From: Negaprion brevirostris
Taxonomy: Eukaryota
DNA: 64,000 nt
Direction of reading: 5' to 3'
Assembly: GCA_030324005.1 (NCBI GenBank)
Contig: JARDVH010000001.1
Coordinates: forward strand, 143,563,196-143,627,195
Of the stretch, positions 37,361 to 49,225 are shown piece after piece. Position 1 is the first letter of the stretch; the number at the start of each line of letters is the position of its first letter. The notes under the pieces were generated by a model, which ran no database searches, was not told the origin of the DNA, and saw only the letters and a program-made list of their open reading frames with translations. The position numbers and the translations under genes were made by a program.

Positions 37361-38719
37361 CTGGGGAAACTAGACCAGGGGTCACAAACTGAGGATAGGA
37401 GAGGGTATAACATGTAATACTGAGATAAGGAAACATTTCTTCACTCAAAGGGTAGTGACAAATGGAATTCTCTACCATAGGAGGCTGTGGAAGTCGTCAC
37501 TGAATGTGTTTAAGGAAGAAATAGATAATCTTTTAGATTCTAATGGCATCAAGGAGTACGGAGAGAAAGCGGGAACATGATATTGAGATAGAGATTCAGC
37601 CATGGTGACACTGAATGACAGAACAGGTTCAAAGGGCCAAATGGCCTACTCCGATCCCTAGCTTCTGGTTCATCCATTTCCTCTGTGCTCACTGACCAAC
37701 AATGGCTTCCATTTGACAATGTTTCAAATTTTAAAATTCTCATCCTTGTTTCCAAACCTCTCCATGGCCTCTTCCATCCCAATTCTGTAACCCCTATGAA
37801 TCTGACAAGCTCTAGGGATCTCTGTACCCCAACATTGTCATGTCACTTATCACCAATTGTAAACTCCATCTTTAATGGAGTTGTCTTCAACTGCCTTGAC
37901 CCAAAGCTCTGGAATTCCCTTCCTAAAGCTCTCTACCTCTACCTCCTTTTAAGGCGCTCCTATAACAAGTTTGGCCAAGCATTTTGTCTCCTGTTCCACG
38001 ATCACTTTGTGGCTCATCGTAAAAGTTTGCTCAAGAATTATTCTATGAAGGGACTTGGGATATTTTGCTTCACTGAAGGTGTTATACAATTGCAAGTTAT
38101 GTTTGAAAGTGCCAACCAATTAACATTCGTGAAGCAGACCTTTGAGAACAGAAAGATGCAAGACAGGCAAGCTTAGTAGTACAATTATTACATCATTTCA
38201 CTTTGATCTTTTAAATTATTCTACTGATGACATTTCATCTGCCTTTTTTCTGATTGAGTTACAGTGCCTATCTGGCTCTCATATTTCAGGTCTGAAAAAT
38301 AGTTCACATCCAAAGCATAAGCTCGTCTGCACGAATGAACATTGATCTGCTCTAAGTTTCCAGCATTTCTGTTTAAATATCCACTATCCTTTAAAGGATC
38401 AATAATTTGATTAGCTGGATTTCAAAGACAATTGGGTTTTCTCTCCAGAAAGGCTAACTGCACTAGTTTTACTTAGAAGTACAATTAAGTTACAACACAG
38501 AAACAAGTCATTCATCCCATTCACAGAGCCACCACTTACTTTCCATGGTAACCAATAGTTTTAATCATATGTAGCCATCCTGTTCCTGTATCATTCAACT
38601 TGTTGGTCTGTCACCCAATCAAAACCTGAATGCTAATGTTATTTCTGCCCCAACCATTTACCCTGGAAGCAAATTCCACGGTTTCAACCCGTGAAAATGT
38701 TTCTCCTGCTCTCTAATCT

Positions 38720-40690
38720 CAGAGTCAGAGAGTTAAACAGCACAAAAAAGGCCCTTCGGCCCATCAAAGACAAAGCACCCAACTATTCTAATCCCATTTT
38801 CCAGCACTTGCATGCCTTTGTATTGCAAGTGCACATCTAAATACTTCTAAATATTATGAGGGTCTCTGCCTTCACCATCCTTTCAGGCAGTAAGTTCTCC
38901 TAGGGTGAAAAGAACCCTCCCAACCAGACCCTTCCCGCTACCCTATCCCCTTAACCCCATGCATTTACCATGGCTAAACCACATAATTTACCCATTTTTG
39001 GACTGTGGAAGGAAACTGGAACACCCAGGGGAAACTCACCTTGACACAGGGAAAATGTACAGATTCCACACAGACAGCCACCCAAGGTGGAAATTGAACA
39101 CAGGACCCTGGCAATATGAGGCAGCAGTGCGAACCACTGTGCCACTGTGGTCAGATATGACCTCCTTTAAACAAAACCACGCTGACTGTTCTGATTAATC
39201 CCTGCCTCTCCAAATGTAGATTAACTGCTTCTAATAGCCTCCCCACCACTGAGGTTAGACTGACTGGCCTGTGGTTTCCTGGTTTATCTCTTCTTGAATA
39301 ATGGTACCACATTGGCTCTTCTGTGGCTTGTGAAAATTGTTGCCAGCACTTCCACTATTTCCTCCCTTGTCTCACTCACAGCTGAGATACATTTCATCTG
39401 GTCCTGAAGATTTATCTACTTTTAAGCCTGCCAGACCACTCAGAACCTCCACTGTGTCTAGGTTAATTTCTTAGTCCTTTTCCCTGATTTCTATACCCAC
39501 ATTGTCTCTCTCACAAAGTATCCACTTCAAGCCCAGCTACATCCTCCAGTTCCACACACAAACTACCACTGTGGTCCTTAATGGGTCCTATTCTCTAGTT
39601 ATCCTTTTACCCTTAACGTACTTGTAAAACTTGAGATTTCCCTTTATTCTACTTGTAGTTTCCTTTCATATTGCCCTTCTTGCTCTCCTAATTTCCTTTT
39701 TAAGTTCCCCCTTGCACATTCCATTCTCCTCTAGGGCTGCTGTTGTTTTGAGCCCTCAATGTCTGCCATAGACCTCCCTTTTTCTCTTCATCCAATGCTG
39801 TGTATCCCTCGATATCCATGTTTCACTGGATTTGTTGGTCCCACTCTTTTTCTGTAGTGGAACATGTTGACCCTGTATGCTCCCTATTTTCTTCTTGAAT
39901 GCATCCTACTGTAGTGTCACAGATTTACCTAAAAGTGTCTGCTCCCAGTTCACTCTGGCCAAATCATATCTGATCTTATTAAAATCAGCCTCCCCCCAGT
40001 TTAGAACTTTGATTTCTGGCTCATCCTTGGTCTTTTCCAATAAAATCTTGAATTTAACAGTTGTGATTGCAAAATGCTCCCCTGCTGATACTTCAACCAC
40101 TTGCCCAGTTTTGTTACCTAAATTTAAATCCAGGACAGCCCCCATTCTTGTAGGACCTTTTACGTACTGACTTGAAAGTTCTACTGCATGCACTTTAAGT
40201 ATTCCACTCCCTCTAAACGTTTCACTATGATGACGCCACTTAATGTTGAGGAAGTTGAAATCCCCACTATCACTACCCTATTCATTTTACTCTTCTCTGA
40301 AACTTGCCTACATATCTGCTCTTCCATTTCTCTTGGACTGTTACGGAGCCTTTAGTACACAGATGTAACTGCTCCTTTTTAGTTTTACATTCTACCCATG
40401 CAGCTTTATTAAAAGAGCCTCCTAAGATGTGATACCTCCTTATTGCTGTAATTGATCAGAATTGTGACACTCTCCCTTTTATTTTCAAACCTCCATTCTG
40501 TGTCGCCTGAAGATCCTATAACCCTGAATACTGAGCTCCCAGACCAGCTCCTCTCAGAGACAGCAATGACATCTTATCCCCATGTTTTAAATTGTGCCCT
40601 ATGTTCACTTGCTTCATTTGTCAGACTCCTTGCACTAAAATAAATACTATCCAATCTTACCAAACTCCCTTGTGCCTTATGCTAAGCCTC
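38720..40690 (-). mobile_element. CR1 LINE (endonuclease region plus tail, internally deleted)
   Basis: SQYVKGPTRMGAVLDLNLGNKTGQVVEVSAGEHF...VLNWGEADFNKIRYDLARVNWEQ. The 3' tail is at 38720-38913. Confidence 0.85.
38914..39149 (-). mobile_element. HE1/V-SINE inside CR1
   Basis: TTTGGACTGTGGAAGGAAACTGGAACACCCAGGGGAAAC...GAGGCAGCAGTGCGAACCACTGTGCCAC. Confidence 0.9.
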
Positions 40691-41879
40691 TTGCATATAA
40701 TCTCATATATATGATCCCTTTTTCTTGATCCCCCACCAACTTGGGACAGGCTGTTTCCATTGACCCTGACCCATCCTTCCACTGCCGGAAAAAACAGTTT
40801 GCTATCCTCCAACCGTCATGCCCCTTAAACATCTCTGACGATCTCCCATGTTGGGGGCTCTCCTAAAGTCCAAAAATATTAAATTCACCAAATTTTCCTC
40901 ACCTGCCGGACCTACGTCTTTTGTTTTAAACAAAACTACAAAGCTCGTCAAGCATCATAACTGTTTTCAGGGCATGAAATTTGGAGAATAGCAAACTTGG
41001 TTTTACAAACTTGTTTGAAGAGATAAAATGGAGGAGTTAAGGGCCGTTTTCCCAGTGTGGTCCTTACTGTACAAGGGTGCCCACCAAGGTTCAGGTCTAG
41101 GACCTCTTCTGGATAAGAGAATTTGATGCACTTTCTCAAGATATAAAATACAAGAGCTGCGGTAATGGTGAGCTTACATAAAGATTTAATAGGATCTGAC
41201 TTAGAATGCTGTGAGACGTTTTGGGCTCTGAACTATAGGAAGGATATTGACCCCTCAAAGAATATGTCAGATAACCATCAGGATGTTGTCAGGTACGAGG
41301 AAATAGGAATATGAGGAACGACGGTTCATGGACCTCCTTCTGTGCTGTATGATCTTCCCTTCTGAAATCTGTGCTGACTATTTGCAACTATTTTCCCTCT
41401 ATATAAAGGTGCAAACATTTCCCTACTTTGCATGTTCAGATGAGCAGTATGTCATTAGCAGGATTAGCTCAGCCTATTTCCATTTTTAAAAATATGTTTA
41501 CTGTGCTGGGTTACTTCCAAACCTCCAGCCCACATCCAAACTTAATTGGTCCCTAAAATATAATTTTCTGGAGCTTCTGCAATTTCCTCTCTCAACTTCT
41601 TCTGGATCCAAGATGTATCCTGTTAGGCCTTGGCACTTTATATTTCCTCAGCTTAACCAACTAAGTTAATTTTTTTCCTTTCATTCTTTAGAACATGCTG
41701 TTTGTGGGATCTTGCTGTATGCACACTACCCACAAAGCAACATTGAGTGCACTTGAAAATACTTTATTAGCCATTTCAGAGATACAGTTTGGGAGACAAA
41801 ATGAAAAAGGACGGGCACTGGGGCATGTGGCTCTGATACTAAAATACAAAATTAGTATAACTGTGATAAAGGATCATGG

Positions 41880-42780
41880 CTCAAAATTATGAATTAGTAT
41901 CTATATGGCTAGATGCAAGGAATAGAGGTCAAAAATACCAGTGTGTGTCGTTTGTAGACACCCTAACACTAACTATATCACTGGACAGATTATTCTTCAA
42001 AAGAAAATAGGAACATAATCTTGTATGTGAAATCTTGTCATAGTGTCCCTCCCTCCGAGCCAAAAGCTCTGGTTTCAGGTCTCACTCTGGAACTTGATGG
42101 ACGTAGAAAGTGCATTCAGAAAATGGCCAAACAGTTTGATTATCGACCTGAAAGTCCTTCCAATTTGCCTATGGAAGGCAGTGAGAGCAGGAGGGTCTCT
42201 TGATCAGACAGAACCCGCAGGAGGCAATGACAAATCTCTGCAAACCCTTGCCAAGCATAACCACAGAACAATGCATGGAAGTCTCTGGCCAAGCATCCTC
42301 GTAGGGCATAGTACCTAAAGTCAGAGAGAGAATGCTCATTTGGATTGGACAAAGCAAATTGGCAAAGGTTATCTGGAGGATGAGTTCACAATTTCTTCGA
42401 ACAATACCTAATGGAACTAACCAGAAATAAGGTTATTTTAGTTCTTGTGTTGTGTAATCCAACAGAATTAATTAGTAATATGATAGTACAGGACCCTATG
42501 GGGCAGTGTGATCATAATACAATGGACTTCACATTAACTTTGAGAGTGATAGGCTCAAGTCCAAAACAGGAGTTCTGAACTTAAATAATGCTAATTACAT
42601 GAGTCTGAGAGGCAAATTGGCTATGGTTGATTAGGAAACTGGATTAAAAGGAATGGAGATAGATAATTAATGGCAAACGTTTGAAGTAGTAATTCAAAAT
42701 CCTCACTGAAAATTCATTCTGTTGTGATACAAAACTCCATAAGTGATATATTGGTGGTTGGCGAAGGAAGCTAAGGGTAG
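41880..42780 (+). mobile_element. CR1 endonuclease-region fragment interrupted by a SINE
   Basis: SIWLDARN..CRHPN on the left; DW..Q..G..EDEF, EL TRN.VILVLVLCN and DPMGQCDHN on the right. Confidence 0.65.
42030..42320 (+). mobile_element. tRNA-derived SINE with RTE-type 3' motif
   Basis: Head GTGTCCCTCCCTCCGAGCCAAAAGCTCTGGTTTCAGGTCTCAC; tail GGAGGCAATGACAAATCTCTGCAAACCCTTGCCAAG. Confidence 0.5.
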
Positions 42781-42789
42781 AATTCGATG

Positions 42790-43685
42790 TACTTACCCTG
42801 ACGGTCGCCAAAGGGACCCTGCATGTTGATGTCAGTGAAGCCCTTTCTGTTCATGAATCCTCCTGGATTCTTCACCAGGGCCTTGATGGTGAAGTGGGTG
42901 CAGTATATAGCACCCCCGCACATTTGGCATCCCCACTATGGCCACACATTCTGCAGCCTGGACTTCCTGCTGGACCTGGTCCAAGTCAAATTTGATATAC
43001 TGACCGGCCTGGGCATAATGACCTCTTTGACACACTTGTGGATGAATGGTTGGGAAATGACACACGTCTCCACTGGTGGCCTGTGGCATAGAAGTTTAAG
43101 GCAGCCATCACCTTCACAGCTACCAGGAATGGACGATCCACTCCCCCACCCCTGTGCTCCGAGGTGCCAAGTCCTGCAAAATTGGCACAGGTGTTGCACA
43201 GTCACCTTTTAGAACCAGCGGCACGCGATGTCCGCCAGCTGCTCGAAGGACACCCGTGTGTGAAACTGCCAGGGTTTCCGCTCCCTCCTTCCTCTCCCAG
43301 CCCCCCACCACGGCCACCACAAAACAAACCCGAGTAGCAAGGAGCAGTTTGAATGCCGAGACTCACCTCCTTGTTCACTCTCATTCATCAAGTGCCTGAA
43401 CCCAACTTTTATTGAGGAGGTGTTTTCCTGATAGATCTGGCTACTGTGAACGAGGTGGTTAAGGCTGGTGAGCTGGGGCAATTGGGAGTGAAACTCGCTA
43501 GTGTCATTGTGATGAATGCAAAAAAAATGCAAATTGGTGTTTCACCCATTCTGGGTGGGCTCCCAATGGTACCGATTTTTTTTGGTAAAATGAAAATGGG
43601 CACCATTCCCAATAGTTGCATCATGCCGATTTTACAACATTTTCCTGCCACAAAACGGACGCAATCAAGTCGTAAAATTCCACCC
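42790..43685 (-). mobile_element. Second PIF/Harbinger transposon, 5' half
   Basis: Terminus GGGTGGAATTTTAC at 43685. Frameshifted VAVKVMAALNFYATG..GDVC.ISQPFIHKCVKEV..YAQAGQYIKF..AIVGMPNV.GAIYCTHFTIKA..FMNRKGFTDINMQ. Confidence 0.88.
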
Positions 43686-43752
43686 AGGTTACAAAGAACT
43701 TGGAGTTTTCTTTATTCTATTGGATGAACAACTGGTCTGCAATAGCACAACA

Positions 43753-44068
43753 CAAAATAAATAAAAAGTTGTGTTGGTGGCCAATTAACTATTTAAGTCA
43801 AGACCTTTTTTTTGCTTGAAGCACCAATACCAATGCTTTGACAACAGAAAACCCGTCAGAGATACATACCAGAAACGAGTGAACCTACGAAGTAAAAGTG
43901 AGCAATGAAAAAGATCTCAGCTGTGTGGCACAATAAAATACCCACAACTGCAGGAATACAACCATGTTGTACATATTGCTGAGTTATTATACACATCGAT
44001 TATGGCCACGAGCACCAATCCACCCCACCCCAATCAAAACGTGAAACAGTTCAAATATGACAAAAATA
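43753..44068 (+). repeat. About 315-bp diverged duplicate, copy 1 (partner 45895-46209)
   Basis: Collinear from CAAAATAAATAAAAAG..TGGCCAATTAACTA.TTAAGTCAAGACCTTT to TGACAAAAAT. Confidence 0.9.
43870..43884 (-). other. Candidate 15-nt microexon GTTCACTCGTTTCTG
   Basis: TCTTTTTCATTGCTCACTTTTACTTCGTAG|exon|GTATGT. Confidence 0.3.
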
Positions 44069-45294
44069 TATACGATCTGTCTCATGTTAGTCTCATGGTA
44101 AACCCTTTGAGAAACCCACACCTTGTTCAGTGAGGTGCAACTGGGTCTTTAGAGGTGTGCTCACTTCATATTTATTGCTAAACACATTCACTGGCCTGGG
44201 GAAGTTAGTTCTATATTTGGCAGATCTCAAAGTTTCTCATAATGATACAAAACTTCTACAGTTTACATTTTTTCAAGCTTCGCTATCATTATTTTTGCGT
44301 CTATCGTAGTCCAACTGTGATCATTTAGTTTTTCAAATAGCAAATTTAAAAGTGAAGGATATTAATCGTTTTTAACCTTCTGATTTATGTGAATATTTTA
44401 GTGTTTGGCTGCTTACTGACATGACTGCTACTGTATACCAAAAGATGCCCTTGACTTGCTGTCAGATTTCAACTACCTTTGGGAATGAGGAAAAGCGTAC
44501 CACAGGGATCATTGTGAACAACTTTCATTCAGCACCATTGCTTCGCCACTGACCAGAAAACAATACGCCATTGCGTTGAATTTCGGACAGTAGTTTCCAC
44601 TGAATTAACAAACTAAAAACTGTCCCAATGAAAATAGTTAGAATGAAAAATACCAAACCGAACAGCTCAAGGAATCGCCCGAGGTGAGAAGGATTCAGGC
44701 AGAAGCTTCAAAGTCAGGTATTTGTAACTTGGTAGAACATTACTTTGGAAAACTGTAGCCAGTTATCTCTCTCTCACACACAGACATCCATCTACACATG
44801 CACATTAACACAGTTGAACCCACTGCTTCATCAGGGCAAGCCCAATAATAAGTTCAAAAACTTGATTGCAGACCAAATGTTCATCCAACATAATAACAAA
44901 AAGATTTCCAACTTCTTTGTAACTTTTTTTTTAAGTTCAAGGTTCTATTATTGTGTAACCACTTGCACAAACGTCACGATGGTAGAAGTAAATTGAGTTT
45001 CCAAAGCAATAAATGGAACCAAAACAACAGAACAAACCAATTTTTAATGCTTCACACATTTCAAGTCATGTTTCTGACACAAGGTTCTAACATGGCTATA
45101 TTTTTTCACCATTTGACGTCAAACAGGCAATATAAAACCAATGTAAGGTGGTACTTGGAATCATAATCTGCATAATTTAGCTGAATGCAATATGCTGAAA
45201 TAGATAGGCCAGATCAGGCATTTTTGGAAATTGTTCATCCTCTTGTTCCTACATTTCCTTTTGTCTCATCCAGCTCCCTCTCCCCTACACAATT

Positions 45295-45662
45295 AGGGAG
45301 CACTGAGACAGGATAGATCCAGAAAGAATATTCCTGATGGTGGGGGAGTCCAGAACTAGGGATCATAGTTCGATGACAAGGGGCAAACGTTTTACAACTG
45401 AAGTGAAGAGAAATTTCTTCACCCAGAGAGTAGTAAATGTATGAAATTGACTACTACAAAGTGGTTGAGTCCAAAATGTTGTGTGATTTCAAGAAGAAAT
45501 TAAATATAGCTCATGGGGATAAAGGGATCAAGAGCTCTGGTTGGGGTGGGCGGAGGAAATCTGGAGATTGAATTTGATGATCAGCCATGATCAAAATGAA
45601 TGATGAAACAGGTTCAAAGGGCTGAATGGCCTACTCCTGCCTCTAGTTTCTATGTTTCTATA
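45295..45662 (+). mobile_element. CR1 3' end
   Basis: GGGGAGTCCAGAACTAGGGATCATAG...AAGGGCTGAATGGCCTACTCCTGCCTCTAGTTTCTATGTTTCTAT. Confidence 0.9.
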
Positions 45663-45894
45663 GAAACATTGATTTACAGCACATAGAGTAGACATGTAAA
45701 CCACAACTATTCATTCATCGACAAGATATATTTTCTTTAGAGTGCAGAAAAACAGAACTGAAGGACCAAACTGCACATTCGAAGAAGTGCTCAATAAGGG
45801 AACATCTATTTTAACAACATACAGGTGCAAGGAGTGGGGGAGAATTGATTAACTGTATCACAACAATGTGGAAAAAGTAATTGAGGCCATAATT

Positions 45895-46209
45895 CAAAAT
45901 AAATAAAAAGCTGTGTTATTGGCCAATTAACTAATTAAGTCAAGACCTTTCTGCCTGAAGCACTATTAAGAATGCTTTGACTACAGAAAATTGGTCAGAG
46001 TCACATACCACAAACTAGCAGACCCATGAAGTTAAAGTAAGCAATAAGAAAGATCCTGGCTTTGTAGCAGAATAAAGTACCCACGACTACAAAAATATAA
46101 CACCATTGTGCATATCAGTGGTTTATTACAAACATGAATTATGGTCACTACCACCAATACCCTCCTCCACCATTCAAAATATGAAACAATTCAAAATGTG
46201 ACAAAAATC
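45895..46209 (+). repeat. About 315-bp diverged duplicate, copy 2 (partner 43753-44068)
   Basis: Collinear with copy 1, aligned by eye. Confidence 0.9.
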
Positions 46210-46289
46210 ACATTCCATTAAAAACAAAAATGCTGAATGAGATCCATCCTCAGCTTACTAACGAGACCAAGGTGAGCATTAGTTTCTTT

Positions 46290-48212
46290 TTTAAAAAGGC
46301 TTAAAATGTTGCAAAGAATAGTAGTAAATCTGAAGATTAGATGTGTTTTCTAAACCAGCAAAGGGCTATCAAAAAGTTGATAAAAAGGAAAAAAAAAAGA
46401 GTAAACTAGCCAAGAATATGAAAACAGATTACAAGAGGTTTCACAAGTATATTCAAAGAAAAGGAGTGGCCAATGTAAACTTTGGTCCCTTAAGCAGAGA
46501 CAAGAGAAATTATCAAGAGGAATGAAGAAATGGCAAAGGCAGACATTAAACAAATATTTTATGTCTGCCTCCACAGTAGAAGACAAAAGTTACATACCAG
46601 ACAAAAAGGATAACCTAAGGGCTAACCTAAGAGTGAGGAAGTTAACGAAGCAGAGAAAAAGTACTGGAGAAGCTGAACGGACAAAAAACCGTCAAACCTG
46701 CAGAGGATGATGACCTAGACCCTAGGGCTCTAAATGAGAAAGCTGCAGAGATCCTGGATGCGCTGGCTATGATGTTCCAAAATTCCCTAGATTGTGTGAT
46801 GCTGATTGGAAGTTTGCAAATGTAGCACTGTTATTCAAGAAAGGAAGAGAGAAAACAGGGAATTAAAGTCCAATTAGCCTGACATCAATCTTAGGGAAAG
46901 TACTGGAATCTAGTCTCGTATATTCACTACTATAATCTATTATTAAAGAAGTCTTAGTAAAGCACAGTAAGACTGGAACGAGCCAACATGGTTCTACAAA
47001 AAGGAAATCATGCTCATTAAATTTAGTAGGGAATTTTGAGGAATGCAACTAATAAAGTGCATAATGGGGAGGCAGTAGATGCAGTATAACTGGATTTCCA
47101 AAGATATCTGATCAGGTACCACACAAAAAGTTAATACACAAGTTAAGGACCCATGAAGTTTGGGGTGATATATTAACATGGATTGAAGATTGGTTAATAG
47201 ATGGAAGTCGAGAGCAGGGATAAATGGGGCATTTTCAATTTGGCAAGCTATGACTAGTGGGGTGCCACAAGGATCAGTGCTGGAGCCTCAGTTACTTAGA
47301 ATCCATATTAGACTGAGATAAAGAGACAGAAAGTAATGTATGTAGGTTTGCTGACATTACAAAGCTAGGTGGGACTGTAAGCTGTGAGGAAGATGCACAA
47401 AGCTGCAAAGACTTTATAGACAGGTTAAGTGAGTGGCAAAAAGATAACACATGGAAGTATGGGGAAGTATGAGGTTGTTCACATTAGTCATGAGAATAGA
47501 AAAAGAACATTTTTAACAGGCAAGAAACTTGATGGTCAGAGATTTGAGTATACTCATACAGGAAACAGAACGATAACACGCAGGTGCAACAAGCAACTAG
47601 GAAAGCAAATGGCACATTGGACTTTACTGCACGGGGATTGGAGTACAGGAATAAAGACGTCTTGCTACAATTATATACGGCCACACCTGGAGGACAGTAT
47701 ACACTTTTGATTTCCAAATTTAAGGAAGGATATATGTGAATTGGCAGTAGTAGAGTGTAAGTTCACTAGACTGGTTCCTGGAATGATAAGGTTGTCCTAA
47801 AATGACAGGCTGAGTAAATGGGGCTAATATTCTCTGGACCGAAGCAGAATGTGAGGCAATCTCACTGAAACATATAAGATTGTGAAAGGGCTTGACAGGA
47901 TAGGCACAGTGGGGTTGTTTCTGCTGGCTTGGGAGTCAAAAACACAGGTCACAGTCTCAGGGCAAGGGAGCAAGCATTAAGGCCTGAGATGAGGAGAAAT
48001 TTCTTCACTCATAAGGGTTGCGAATCTTTGGAATTCTCTACTTATTCCAGAGGGTTGTGGATGTGAATATATTTTGGTATCTCAGGAATCAAGGGATATG
48101 GACATGGAAAAGTGAGGCTGAAGCTCAACATCATCCATGATCATACTGAATGGTGCAGCAAGCTTGACAGGCCATATGGTTTTATCTTGTTCCGACTGCT
48201 TATGTTCTTAAG
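46290..48212 (+). mobile_element. About 1.9-kb decayed CR1 ORF2 plus tail
   Basis: SKLAKNMKTDYKRFHKYIQRK, PISLTSILGKVLES, SQHGSTKRKSC, TSGVPQGSVLEP and FADITKLGG, then the tail GCTTATGTTCTT. Confidence 0.92.
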
Positions 48213-48289
48213 TTTCATGATTTTCTGTGATTTATCCTATTATACTTAGGAATTTACTGTTTTGTTGGAATTAAAATTGTCATCACAGT

Positions 48290-48498
48290 GATGAGTATTG
48301 TTGCTAGGTTCAATTTGGGCCTTGAGTGATTGTGTGGAATTTGCACATTCAATTCTGCATACGTTCCCTCTGGGTGCTCCAGTTGAAAGATATGCGGGTT
48401 AGGTGGAATAGTCATGGAAAATACACAGAGTTATGGGGAGGGCCAGTGCAGACTCAAGGGGCTGAATGGTCTCTTTCTGCACCATAAGGATTCTATGA
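48290..48498 (+). mobile_element. Decayed HE1/V-SINE
   Basis: GGTTCAATT..TGTGTGGAATTTGCACATTC..GGGTGCTCCAG..GTGCAGACTCAAGGGGCTGAATGG..GGATTCTATGA. Confidence 0.8.
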
Positions 48499-48619
48499 TA
48501 CTAACCTCCTTTGCATGAGAACAATGCAGGGAACTCAACAAAAGGATGAGATAACAGAATAAATTCAGAAGACAACACATCCTTTTTCTAGATGCACTGA
48601 ATACTAGAATTTTTTTTCT

Positions 48620-49225
48620 ATTTCAGGCATCCAGCGTCAGCATCAAGCATTTCTGATCAGGTACTGCACAACAATATGCCAAGAGTAAAGTTCCTGTTAC
48701 TCGGGCTCAACCTCAAAAAAGCATCATTATCATACCTGTATGACATTACATTTCCATTTCCCATAGCAGTCATCCTCTGGCGACTCCAACATTCAAAACT
48801 TTTGTCAAATTAGGGAAAGTGCTGTACTCCAGATGGAACTAGGAAATTAGGGTTGACCATCATCCTCAGTTAAGGCTGAATTTGAGCTCAGAAAGGTATG
48901 GTCAGTATTTAAGTTGATGTGCCATATAATGTATCTATGTATTCTTGATTTTACAATGGGGAATTGAGCTACATCAACCCGAAAGATTCTAATTTCAACC
49001 TCTAACCNNNNNNNNNNTCAATACTCTGACAGTAACGCAGAAACATGAAGAAGTGGGGGAAGAGGGGATAATCATAGTCCTCTTTCCTAATTAATAGCTC
49101 TTGACGAAAACTGTAACAGTGAATAAAATCAGATTTTCACATGTTGCGCTGATTTGCACTACCTAGGCTCCTACTTGAAGAATGGTTACTTGGTTACCTG
49201 GCACCCATGGAAGTGCACCAGGCAT
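48620..49225. mobile_element. Old SINE remnants (LF-SINE-like), apparently two opposed fragments
   Basis: GCATCAAGCATTTCTGATCAGGTACTGCAC..AGAGTAAAGTTCC (-) and CTAGGCTCCTACTTGAAGAATGGTTACTTGG..GCACCCATGGAA (+). Confidence 0.4.

Larger units (their letters stand above)
35733..37668 (+). mobile_element. CR1 LINE (RT to tail) nested in L2
   Basis: FQQVFDK, GSLLGPQLF, ISKFGDDT and YSLEFSRMRGDLIETYKIL, then the tail AAAGGGCCAAATGGCCTACTCC. Confidence 0.9.
35570..38105 (+). mobile_element. L2 LINE 3' end split by nested insertions
   Basis: The left part VETLRYAFVTCKLDSDNVLLAGLPSCKLHKLELIQNSAPHIL (to about 35730) resumes at about 37670 with SVLTDQQWLPFDNVSNFKILILVSKPLHGL...PKLWNSLP. Confidence 0.85.

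Noticed and set aside
40898-40925. 9-nt microexon GTCCGGCAG with CAG|GTGAGG donor
   Set aside because: The acceptor is preceded by an A-rich segment with no usable pyrimidine tract.
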